From Sarea resinae (lineage: Eukaryota), in contig JAPEUD010000015.1 in NCBI GenBank assembly GCA_026026165.1, forward strand, positions 248,001-312,000: a stretch of DNA of 64,000 nucleotides, in the 5' to 3' direction. The notes below the pieces were generated by a model. That model had not been told where the DNA came from and did not search any database. It saw only the letters and a list, made by a program, of their open reading frames with translations. Made by a program: the position numbers and the translations under genes. Numbering within the stretch: the stretch's first letter is position 1; every line of letters begins with the position of its first letter. Below, piece after piece: positions 12,878 to 25,420 of this stretch.

Positions 12878-15229
12878 ATGTCTTCCGGACTTCCCTCAGA
12901 TGAAGTGGCCGAGGACTACAAGAACTCTCTTGAAGACCTGACGATGAATTCAAGATACGAAATTAGCAATCTAACAGTCATTGCGAAGGAGAATACAGAA
13001 CATGCGATGGCCATCTCGAGGGTTCTGGAGAACCACATTCGCAACGTAAGCCTCCCTAGATGCTGTTCTATCATGCTCACTTTCCTACCCAGTTTCCTGT
13101 CTCCAGCTAGATCCTCGTCATGGAAGAAATTATTTACTGATGCGAGATTGCGAGATTCAGGCGCCCCCCAATCGAAAGCTGCCAGCTCTCTACGTGCTCG
13201 ATTCTGTCGTCAAGAACGTCGGCACACCGTATACCCTGTTCCTTGGAAGGAATCTGTACCAAACATTCATGAATGCATATACTCTAGTTGATGGCCAGAT
13301 CCGGAAAAAGCTGGACGAGATGCTGAAAACTTGGAAGGAGCCAGTCCCAGGGTCGATGGACACGAGACCAGTGTTTCCTGCGGAGATCACACGCACTATC
13401 GAGAATGCTCTGATAAAAGCTAAGACGGCCGCCGTGCAGCAACAACAACAGCAGGCCAAGAGTCAGCAGGAGTTATTCGGTCGTGGACGGAGCACAGCGA
13501 CACCGCCCGTTACATGGCGGAACACACCAACGCCACCACAGAACCTCTCTCGATTTGCTCCTCCGTCAAAACCTCCGGGCTATGTTTCACAGTCGCCGTA
13601 CGGGACGAACGGCACTAATCAATATCAAAATCACCAGGTAAGATTACGAATTTATGACCATAGCCCTGATTGCAATACTGACTCAAACCTAAAGTCTACC
13701 CCTGCACAATTCCCATCACAGTATCCGTCTCAGCCCTCACCCTTATCGTATCAACGGCCGGCTGGATATATGCAAATACCCCAGCCAATGGAATCATTAG
13801 ACACACTGAACAATGACATCTCGAACTTGATCTCCAATGCGAGAGCTGAATTTGCCCTGAATCCGTATGATCAAGGCGTTCAACAGAAATTGAAGGCGCT
13901 TCTAGACTTGCAGAACATTCTACAGAGCCAACAGCTACCTCCCGATCAGATTGGTCTCATCAGGGCTCAAGTTGCACAGCTATCGACACCGGTACAGCCC
14001 ACACCGGCACCGCTTCCTGTGGCCGCACCAGCCCCGCTGGTACCGCAGCCAACAACGCAGCAGAGCAGTCAACAATGGCCGGTAAACTTGCAATCATTAT
14101 TTTCTAGCAATGCTCTGGCCGAACTTCTTGCCTCTTCGGCTAGGTCTCAACAGCCTACGCCATTACCCCCGAAGCCGCCGATGCCTGTACCGCAACCAGC
14201 AGCTCCCATCAATCAACGATATTCGACTCCGACCCCTGCACCTGCTGGTGGGGAGAACTCCCTGCTCGCTTCCTTACGAGCGGCAGGAATGTTGCCCCCA
14301 GCTACTGGTACACCAACCATTACTCCAGCTTTACCTGCTAATCTCCCCTTTGCATTGCCTGTGGGAACCCCGAACTTTCCAACTCCTCCTGTTCCAATTG
14401 CTGCCCCAACACGACCTCCATTGGCGGACATCCAAAATGACGTTGACCTGACTTCCGCATCTCTCAAAGTGTAAGCGTATCAGCAGACAATCTTGGCTGT
14501 TGAAGGTGCTAACTAGTTTGAGCAGACCACGGCCACAACTTATCAATTCACTCTACGAAGCCCAACCTAATCAATGCACGACATGTGGACGTAGATTTGT
14601 TGCTAATCAAATGGGGAAGGAGAAGAAGGCAAGGCATCTTGATTGGCATTTCCGGACTAACCAGCGCATGGCGGACGCTGCCAGACGTGGACAGAACCGA
14701 AGCTGGTATCTTGATATGACGGTACGTATTTGATATTGAAGCAAGCATCATGATGCTAATATAATTTAGGAGTGGATCAATTCGCGTGAGACGGATGAAG
14801 GCCAGGAGAACAGTGACGGGCTAGGGAACGCAAATGCGGATTTGGCCAGCCAAGCCAATGCAGCTGCAAAGAACGATCCGAAGAGTCGATATATCCCAAC
14901 GCCGAACGATCCCGCTTTGGCCAATTTGCATTGTCCGATATGCCAAGAGAAATTCGAGACAGTGTGGCATAGCGAAGCTCAGGAGTGGGTTTGGATGGAT
15001 GCAGCTAAGGTCGGGTCCCGCATCTACCATGCAAGCTGTTACGACGAAGCTAGCAAAGAAGGGGGTGGCCTAGCTGCGAGGGGCCTGACTCCGGAGCCGG
15101 TTCTAGGGAAGAGGAAGGCAGAGGTAAGGTTTACTGCGAACTAGGTATCTATTATTTGACTGACTTCTGTTCCAGGATGGTGATCTCAATGCGCTGAGGG
15201 CGAGATTGAAGAAGGAAGTCCTAGCTTGA
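12878..15229 (+). CDS. PCF11: mRNA cleavage/polyadenylation factor Pcf11, multi-exon
   Basis: CID domain ('DYKNSLEDLTMNSRYEISNLTVIAKE', 'KLPALYVLDSVVKNVG') and zinc-binding motifs 'QCTTCGRRF..HLDWHFRTN' and 'CPICQEKF..WVWMDA..IYHASC'. Confidence 0.93.
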
Positions 15230-15850
15230 AGCACGAAGGTCTTTTCTTTTTGTGCTCCCAGACATGGGGCCTGGGAGTGGACAACTGCACGCGATCATTT
15301 TATTGGCATTTCACACGGTTTCAGAGGATTCGACAGCATCATGCATAGCGGGGGCGGGATATCCATCACATTCATGGGGACGGCGTCTGAAATTTCCACA
15401 CAGGCAGACTGTGTGACGTTGGGGAGCGAAAGGGATCATATTGGAGTCATAGTCGATACGTATGATAAAATCTCAGTGCTGTACAATAAATTAAGAAATC
15501 AAGAAATGAAGAAGCAATCCACTTAGCGGCGCGGATAGCGGCAATTGTCCATGGGCCGTGATTGCCGTAGAAATGGAGTGAGGATGACCACCAAAAGTTG
15601 CACGACGTCGAAGGTCGTAGGTATGACTTCATTCATATACGGACCTGAGTACTAGCCCGAGACCTCTTCGACTCGCCTATCGGAGGCCGATGATATAAGG
15701 ACATTCGACCCCGCCAACAACATCCAATCTGCCACTGGTCAAGTTGCAATCTTTCTATACTCTTACCCGTCAAATCTCAGGTCGTGTAGGCCTTGCCGCT
15801 CACTGTTTCTTGAACTTCTCAAGGAAATCTAGGAAAGGAGCCGATTTAAA

Positions 15851-17361
15851 ATGGTTGGAAACCCTCCCTTCGCTGTCCGATGGGGCATCCTAGGTAAGTA
15901 AACACCCCACCAAGCCCAAGTCCGTAGAACCTTACCTTCCAAACAGCATCACTAACAAGCGTCTAGCTACCGGAGGAATCGCGCAGAGTATGTTCCCTTT
16001 CAAGCATTGGACTCCGCAATCACGCAATTGATCAATCGCCGCAGCATTTACGAAGGACCTCCTCCGCGACCCCGCGACCCGCAATGTCTCAGACGTTCAG
16101 CACATCGTCGTGGCCGCCGCCTCCTCGACCTCAAAAGAGCGAGCCGCCCAATTCCTCAAAGATTGCGGCGCCCCCTCTAGCGCGGTAGCCTATGGCTCCT
16201 ATAAGGAACTCGTGGCTGACCCCTCGGTCGACATCATCTACGTCGCCACCCCTCACTCGCACCACTTCCAGAACGCCATGTTGTGCCTCGAAGCCGGCAA
16301 GCCCGTGCTCTGCGAGAAGGCCTTCACGGTCAATGCGGCGCAGGCTAAACTGCTGTGCCAGAAGGCCAAGGAGAAAAACGTCTTCCTCATGGAGGCAGTC
16401 TGGACGCGGTTTTTCCCCTTGTCGAAGCAGATCCGGTCGTTGGTGTCCGAGGGCAAGCTCGGGACCGTGCATCGCGTGATAGCGGACCTCAGCTTTGGGG
16501 AGGACGTCGAGGAGAAATGGGGCACGAAGCATCGCATGACGAATCCGGATCTTGCGGGCGGCGCGCTCTTGGATCGTGCGTTTACTTTCTTATATTCCTT
16601 ATGACCTCTTCCACCACCTTACAGGAACTTCCCAAGCTAACCACTGACCGTCTCTTCGCAACACCACAGTCGGCATCTACCCTCTAACATGGGTCTTCCA
16701 AATCCTGTACCACCTGACGCCGCCGGCCCTCCGTCAAGCACCGACCGTAACCTCCAGCGCAACCAAATACCACCTGACCGGCGTCGACGAGACCACATCC
16801 ATCATCCTGACCTTCCCGCCGCCCAAGCCGTCTTCCTCCTCCTCCGCAACCACAACTACAAACACAAACACATCTGCCATCTTCCCCTCGCCCACGCACG
16901 GCATCGCAACCACCAGCATGCGCATCTCGACCGACCCCACCGGCCACGGCGCCACCGGCCCCGCCATCCGCATCCAGGGCACCAAGGCCGAGATCCAAGT
17001 CGACCACCCGGCCTTCAGGCCCACGCGCTACCGCTTCATCCCCCGCGTCGCCGGCATGGAAGGCGTCCAGGGCGGCAAGGGCGGCGCGCCCGGCACCCTT
17101 GGCGATGGCTCGAGCTCTTCCGGCACCACCGACGCCTCCACCGGCGTCCGCGAGGTCGAGATCCCGATCCCCGGCCAGGGCATGTTCTGGGAGGCCGACG
17201 AGTGTGCGCGCTGTCTGCGCGACGGCAAGAAAGAGAGCGACGGGCTGGGCCACGCCGAGAGTATCGCGTTCATGGACGTCTTGGACGAGGTGCGCCGGCA
17301 GAACCACTTGAGCTTTCCCGCGAGGATCGAGAGCACCGAGTTTCCGCTCGAGGGGTTTTAA
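15851..17361 (+). CDS. Gfo/Idh/MocA oxidoreductase (D-xylose 1-dehydrogenase / dimeric dihydrodiol dehydrogenase-like), multi-exon
   Basis: 'VRWGIL|ATGGIAQ', 'DIIYVATPHSHH', 'VLCEKAFTVN', 'LMEAVWTRFFP', 'AGGALLD|GIYP', 'MFWEADECARC'. Confidence 0.9.
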
Positions 17362-17742
17362 AAGGGGGGTAAGATTATCTTCTTTTGTTTTTTAGGCATC
17401 TCATGAGTCAATCCGTCAACCAATCAATCAATATGAGCAAAGAATGATGAGGGGAGGGAGAGAAGGTTTTGTCTTTGGTTTTGGAATCGGCTAGACTCTA
17501 GTCCCAGAGGGTTCCGCTCGTCGCATAAGAAAGTCGTATCTCCATGGTTTCCCCTTTCCGCCCGCTCCCTCCAACCTCTAAGTTACCACCCACCGCCCGC
17601 CTTCTCCTTGTCTTTCAAAAGAATCCCATCATAGTCTCAAAAGAGCCTCGTCATAGAAACATATCATACACCATGCCCACTCTTAACCTCACCCTCATTT
17701 CACCTGCCAACCCCCCGTAACCCCCTCACGATCGCCGCCACT

Positions 17743-18831
<1,089 letters not shown>

Positions 18832-19765
18832 TGCGGCTGCTGTGAGGGGAGGAGGAAAGAAGAGGAAATGGAGGTGGTGAGAGTAGAGAAGGGGGGTGTT
18901 CAATTGAAAGAAAGGGAAAGAGAAAGGGTGGTGGTGGTGGAGGTCGTGGAAGTGAAGCTGCCGCCCAGAGAGAGTGAGAGAGCTTCGAGAAAGAAACAAG
19001 TTCGGAGGCAGGCAAGTTATTATTGCGAGGTTGAGCGACAGAAGTTGGGGTAAGGTACCTAGGTAGGCATGTTCGGTAGTCGGCAGGAGTAGAGAGCACC
19101 TCAGACTCGTGCACACCTGATGCCAGTGTACAGGTAGAAGGTACACGGCCTCGCTTGGAAGGCGATCATGGTCGGAGGATGGTGTTGCATCACGTTGCAG
19201 CCCTTCATCCGAAAGACGGCCGCTCCGACGCTGGATGGAGGCGAAGTCGGTGAGAAGTGAACGGAAGGGGACAACTATTTTCTCGGGCAGGCTGGTTGTG
19301 ATCGTTCGTCTCTTCCATCTCCTCCGGAGGTACAGATGATGCTGCTTTGGCCAACGACATCGGTCACGTGAACGGCGAGATCGCTCTCCGCGAATACAGA
19401 GTCGAAGTACCTGCCTACGTCTGCGAGCGACCTTAGTCATCAATGGTCCTGGAAGAGTGATACGGCAAGGCACGAGAGCCGGGTCCGCCCTATCCCATGT
19501 CGCAGGTGGACTACGTCGTGCGGCAACGACCGCCACGGTAGCGACCGACTACGTACTATCCCTCTACCACCTTGCTGAGCACTGCAGACGGAAGAGAGCT
19601 CTCCCACTCTCCCACGACGGCCACCACAGCTTCCCTCTCGACTGCGTACCAGATCCAAGCGCACCTCCACATCTCATCCTCTCATCTTCCCATCTGCCCA
19701 TCTGCCCATCTCCATCATACATCCACGGCACAATCGAAGAACATCCCCATCCTCGCCCCTTCGCC

Positions 19766-20954
19766 ATGCCGGCGACCACTGCAGAGACGCTCTCCCTCGT
19801 CACGCGGAACGTCTCCGTGGCGCCTCTGGTCCTACTCTCGGCCGCTGACCACTATGGACGATCCGCCAAGGGCACGAGGAAGCGCGTCGTCGGTGTGCTG
19901 CTGGGCCAGAATGACGGCAAGAACGTGCGGGTGTCGAACAGCTTCGCTGGTATGTTTTGTTTTGTGGCCCCCAATCCTGGCCTCGATGTCCCGCTGACCG
20001 ACCTTGCAGTGCCCTTCGAGGAAGACGACAAGGACCCTTCGGTCTGGTTCCTGGACCACAACTATGTCGAGTCGATGAACGACATGTTCAAGAAGGTCAA
20101 CGCGAGGGAGAAGCTAATAGGATGGTATCACTCCGGCCCGAAGCTGAGGGCGTCCGATCTGGAGGTCAACGAGCTATTCAAGAGATATACCCCGAATCCT
20201 TTACTGGTCATCATCGATGTGCAGCCCAAGGAAGTTGGCGTACCAACGGATGCGTACTTTGCCGTGGAGGAGATCAAAGATGTATGTCACCGTTCTGTTC
20301 TCGCCCAACTAAGCACTCACATGGCCCTAGGATGGCACCACCACCACCAAGACCTTCGTTCACACGCCGTCGGTCATCGAAGCCGAAGAGGCAGAAGAGA
20401 TCGGCGTTGAGCACCTGCTACGGGACATCCGCGACGTCGCCGTCGGCACTCTCTCCACCCGCATCACCTCCCAGCTCCAATCCCTACAAGGCCTGCACCT
20501 CCGATTACGAGACATCGGGCAGTATCTCCAGAAAGTCATCGACGGCGAATTACCCGTCAACCACGCCATCCTCGGCAATCTCCAAGACGTCTTCAACCTC
20601 CTCCCCAACCTCTCGACGCCGAAGACGAGCGAAGTCAACGGCACCGCCGCCGAGCCCGCACCTATCGACAACGACGAGCTGGCCAAGGCGATGAGCATCA
20701 AGACCAATGATCAACTCATGACCATCTATCTCAGCAGCCTGATAAGAGCCATCACCGCCTTCCACGACCTCATCGAGAACAAGATCCAAAACCGGCAGCA
20801 GCAGGAAGAGCAGGAAGCCAAAAAGGACGAGGCCGCCAGCAGCAACAGCAAAGACGGCAAAGACGCGAAGAAGGCGAACGGAGTCGTCAACGGCGGAGAG
20901 GCGGGCAAAGAGGACGACAAGGGCAAAGAGAAGGACGGCAGTAAGAAGAGCTGA
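19766..20954 (+). CDS. RPN8: 26S proteasome lid subunit Rpn8 (MPN domain), 3 exons
   Basis: '[57 protein letters not shown]' and '[19 protein letters not shown]'. Confidence 0.96.
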
Positions 20955-21847
20955 AGCTGAATTTCTATGCTTCTTCCTCCGTCCCTCTCATATCTTCTCG
21001 TCACTCGCGGGCACGGCCAAGCTAGGCAAGCGGGGGTTGTGTCGTCCTCACTTTTACCTTACCTCGTACGTTTCATTCAGGGGCTTCTTTGGGATCGGAG
21101 AAGGCGAGCTGGCTCTGAACGCTGTTGTCTGGACGCCATCGTCATCGTCATCGTCATCATCATCATCATCATCATCGTCTGCAGCATCTTTTCTGGCTTG
21201 CTTGGCTTGGCTTGGGCTTGGCTTGGCTTGGGCTTGGCTTGGCTTGGGCTTGGCTTGGCTCGGCTTGTGCCTTTCTCATTCATCTCCAGCACTCTGGTCT
21301 GTATCATAGAAATGGCATGCTTTCTTGCGCGAACGCGCGCACCCTGGCACAGACACCGCACAGACTGTCATAGGAATATATGAATCCCCGCCCTCCCCCC
21401 CCCACATCTTCCCCCAATCCCATCATTGCTTCTGCGTCGTAAGTCAGGAACTAGATCGATCTATCGATCATCCATCCATCCATACACGCATGTACACGCC
21501 ACTAGGTGAGTTGGTCCCGGCTAGTCCCCATCCCAATCCCAATCCCAATCCCTCCCGTGCTGTCCCCTGTCCCATCTTAGAGCGTAGACCGTACATGGTA
21601 GATGGCAGATCATGACTTTCTCGGAGCGTGATCCGAGATGCTCAATCAATCGATCGCACCAACCAACCAACCAACCAACCAATCACCCAATGGTCTCATG
21701 AAAAGAAAAGTCCGTCGGTCCTCTGTCTGCTCTCAGTCCCCTCTTCCCCCCTCCCATCAGTCCCCCTCTCCTCTCCCCTCGGTCCCCCTCCCCTCCATCA
21801 ATCAGCCACCCCCCCCTCTCCTCTCAACTAATCAACCAGCCAACCAG

Positions 21848-23005
21848 TCAATCCCCCCACCCAGCGCCCCACCCCGCAGCCTCCTCCGCCCCGACTCGTC
21901 GCTCCTGCACATAGGCGCCCAGGCTCCCGCATCGCTCGGCTAGGACGCACGCGAGGAGGTGCTTGCATATGGGTGGGCCTTGGGCGCCTTGTGTGCCTCC
22001 AGTGCCATCTTCGTTTGCGGGTATGGTTCCGGGTATGGGTTTGGGTTCGGAGCCGGGCTCGGGCTCGTCTCGGCCGAGACCGCCGAAGATGAAGGAGGTT
22101 TCGGCCGGGTTCGGGTTCTGGTACTCGTCTGGCACGGCGGCCGTGGTTGCGGTGGTGGCTGAGGGGGCGTGGCTGGTGCTGGTGCCCGTCGTACTGTTCA
22201 CAGCGGGAGTGGTGGTGGTGGTGGTGCTAGTGGTGGTGCTGGCAAAGGCGGCAAAGGCAAAGGCGGGACAGCTGCAGTTCCAGGCCCGCGGTCGGACTTC
22301 GTAGTGCTGCGCTCCTTCTGTATCCCCCCCTTCTCCTTCTCCTCCTGCTGCTGCTGCTGTTGCCGCTGCCGAGGACATTCTTGAGGCAGCATCCGTGGCC
22401 CTCGGGCGCGAATACCAGTTTGGCCGCGTAGGCCGCGCGCTACGCACATAGTAGACGGCGCTCTGCTGCTGTGCGGTTATATCCCCCTTATCTCTGGGAC
22501 CCGGCGCGCATGTTTCTGTCTCTGGGCCGCTGTGTGCCCCTTCTTTTTTTTCTCCCACTCCTTTCTTGGCTCCGGACTTCGATTCTCCGCCATCGCCTTC
22601 GCCGTCGCCGTCGTTCGAGGCACGCGATACACCCTGCCACTGCTGCTGCCGCCGCTGTTCCGATACGCTCGCTTCACGCGGCAACGGAGCGGGGAGAACG
22701 ACGAGCCTGGTGACGAGACCGCGGTCTAAGAGGTCGAGAGCTGGGAGGAAGAGCGCGGGGAAGATGGCGTGCAGGGTCACGAAGAGCTTCTTCGTCTGCT
22801 CGCCGTTGTCGGTGTTGGCGTGGGCGAGAGATTGGAGGAGGTTCACGGGAGGAGGGTCTGGGGCATGGCCAGGGTTGGAGGGCGTGAGAGGTGCGTTTGG
22901 GGTGGGCGCCGATGGCAGGGCGTTGAAGAGCGCTGTCAGTATGGTTCGAGGCGTTGGCAGTGGAAGGGGCCGAGGCCGAGGCCGAGGCCCAGGGGAGGGC
23001 GACAT
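21848..23005 (-). CDS. SWS1: SWIM zinc-finger protein of the Sws1/ZSWIM7 (Shu complex) type
   Basis: 'LFVTLHAIFP..LPALDLLDRGLV', 'VYYVRS', and a SWIM finger 'YEVRPRAWNCSCPAF...PPICKHLLAC'. Single-exon ORF with low-complexity insertions. Confidence 0.75.
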   Translation of the reverse strand: MSPSPGPRPRPRPLPLPTPRTILTALFNALPSAPTPNAPLTPSNPGHAPDPPPVNLLQSLAHANTDNGEQTKKLFVTLHAIFPALFLPALDLLDRGLVTRLVVLPAPLPREASVSEQRRQQQWQGVSRASNDGDGEGDGGESKSGAKKGVGEKKEGAHSGPETETCAPGPRDKGDITAQQQSAVYYVRSARPTRPNWYSRPRATDAASRMSSAAATAAAAGGEGEGGDTEGAQHYEVRPRAWNCSCPAFAFAAFASTTTSTTTTTTPAVNSTTGTSTSHAPSATTATTAAVPDEYQNPNPAETSFIFGGLGRDEPEPGSEPKPIPGTIPANEDGTGGTQGAQGPPICKHLLACVLAERCGSLGAYVQERRVGAEEAAGWGAGWGD

Positions 23006-24469
23006 CGTGGGCTTTTTGGGCCGATGCTGCCGCTACTGATATTGCTGCGATCTGGGACAGGGCAGGGAGGATGCATGCTGTCTGAATCGAAAAGAACTAT
23101 CATGAGCAGCAGCCGGTATTTTGGCAGTGAATCAAGGCGAACGCGTGGGTAACGGTTCTCTGTGATGATTATGATGTAGCCCAAGGTTTATATTGGGATC
23201 CATGATGGTATGGACTGTAATGATCGAGCTGGGTCGTAGGGTATTTCAGATGATTGGATTAGATTAGATTAGATTGTGCTAGATTAGATTAGACTGGATG
23301 AGACGCGGACCGCAAAGAAGTAATACCCACACATCCATGGATGTAATCATGAGCACAGGTGGAGAGTGCACTGCAGAATGATTGAGATACTGACTCATCA
23401 CTACAGATCAAGGAATGTAGGATATCCAGTCAAAGAGAGTCAAGAAACGGATGCAGTCATTGCCAAGGTCGTTAGTTGGATATAGGCGATTTGATACGTC
23501 CGGACCACTCCATAAGGTTGAGTCCACGACCGTTAGCCGATAGGTCCGGAACCTTGAACCCGGCTACCTCATCTTTCTCGGCCCCTTTTCTTGTCTTTCG
23601 CCCCCTTTTCTTCTCTCTCGCCAGCTCTAAAGTCACATCAACGGTGGTGGTTGGCTTGCTTGCCCGTCCGCCTCCCCGCTAGGTGAATGGGCCCAGCAGC
23701 GGGACGCGGGCGTTACCGCCATAGGGCTGTTCGCCGCTGGGCTGGGTAAACGGAACGAGGATCCGTCTACCAGTCGGGGTGGACGGCCATTGAGGATGAG
23801 TGGATGGATATGTGCATGGGATACGTGAATGTGATCCGTGGGATGTGCTTTCCGTGGTTGTTTGTTTCTGGCCTGGGGGAGATGGATATTCCTGGGAGGT
23901 GAAGAGGTGGGGTTGGTCAATACCTTGCTTGACTCTATTCAGATGCAGCGCCTACTATGTAGTGCCCTTGCCTGTTCCCGACCGACGACGTCTGGGATTT
24001 GGGAATTGCATGCGGTTCCCACTGCAGCTGCATGTACTGCGCAGTGGGGTTGTGCATCCTGGTAGCACGAAACAGATGGGATTCATGGTATGGCGGGAAA
24101 TATGATAGGTGGTAAAATCGGTATGATGGTGCCGGTCCTGAACGAAAGTATCGACTTTTGACATGTGCATCCTGCAATGGCTGACCTCGCCACGACCGTT
24201 GCCTGCCAAAATCAAACCCCAAAAATCCAACAAGCTAAGGGAGGCAGGTATCCGTACAATCGAGATCACTGATAGCCACAACCCTCCTCCATGGCTTTGA
24301 CAGTAAGAAGTGTGGCTATTTGCTAAGATTAGCAACACAGCTTACATGGTACGGGCGTCCTGAATCCCAATTCCTTGCGTCGTGACAGCCGTCGGCACCC
24401 TTGCCCTGCTCCGACCTTGTATTTTGCATTGCAGCGCCAACGGATCCTCACGAAAATCTCCCCTCCCAA

Positions 24470-25420
24470 TCAGTTGTTTTCGAACATTTATCGTCGAACG
24501 TCTCCAGCTTTGACGGATGAGCTTCCCGTCGAATGGGATACGCAAGAAACCAACCCTATCACTGGATATGATATGGGAGGTGCTTGGTGGAGGGGCAACG
24601 TCGTTAGGTAAGACAACAAAGGGTGTGACCTGGCTTTATTTCGAACATTTATCGTCGAACGTCTCAATTTCTGACGGGTGAGCGCCCCGTCGAATGGGAT
24701 GCTTGATATACAGACGTGTTCGGCTCAGGGCAAAAGCCCCAGGGGCAAAGCATGTCAAACATTTATGGTTGAACGCCTCAATTTCTGACGGACGAGCGCC
24801 CCGTCGGATGGGATACATGATAGGTATACAGAGGATTTCGGTGAAGGGCAACATCCCCGGGGGCAAAGGACGTGATCTGGGCGGAATCAGTTATTTCGAA
24901 CATTTATCATCGAACGTCTCAATTTCTGACGGGTGAGATCCGGTCGAATGGGATGCTTGATACACAGGGCAGAGATGTTCGGCGAAGGGCCAAATCCCTG
25001 GGGGGCAAAGGACGTGATCTGGGCGGAATCAATTATTTCGAACACATTTATCGTCGAACGTCTCAGTTTCCAACGGACGAGCGCCCCGTCGAATGGGGTT
25101 TGTGAGGAATGAATTTGGATACGAAATGCCGTAGGGTTTTCGGAGAAGGGCAAAGCCCCGGGGGGCAAAAGGATGTATCTTGGGTGGAATCAGTTATTTC
25201 GAAGAATTATCGTCGAACGTCTCAGTTTCTGACGGGTGAGATCCCGTCGAATGGGATGTGCAAGAAATCAACCCAGGAATGATATACAGAAGTGTTCGGT
25301 GACGGGCAAGAGTGCCGGGGGTGAAGGTTATAAGATGGGTGGAATCAGTTATTTCGAACAATTATCGTCGAACGTCTCAGTCTCGGACGGACGAGCACTC
25401 CGTCGAATGGGAGGTGCAAG
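24470..25420. repeat. Degenerate tandem array: 7 copies of a conserved core of about 60 bp at 114-161 bp spacing, plus partial copies near 25947, 26087 and 26191
   Basis: Core TTCGAACATTTATCGTCGAACGTCTCA.TTTCTGACGG.YGAG...CCCGTCGAATGGGA starts at about 24479, 24640, 24754, 24895, 25037, 25198 and 25353. Confidence 0.9.

Noticed and set aside
24470..25420. True CRISPR array
   Set aside because: The context is eukaryotic, there are no cas genes, the repeats are long and degenerate, and the linkers are partly homologous to each other rather than unique spacers.
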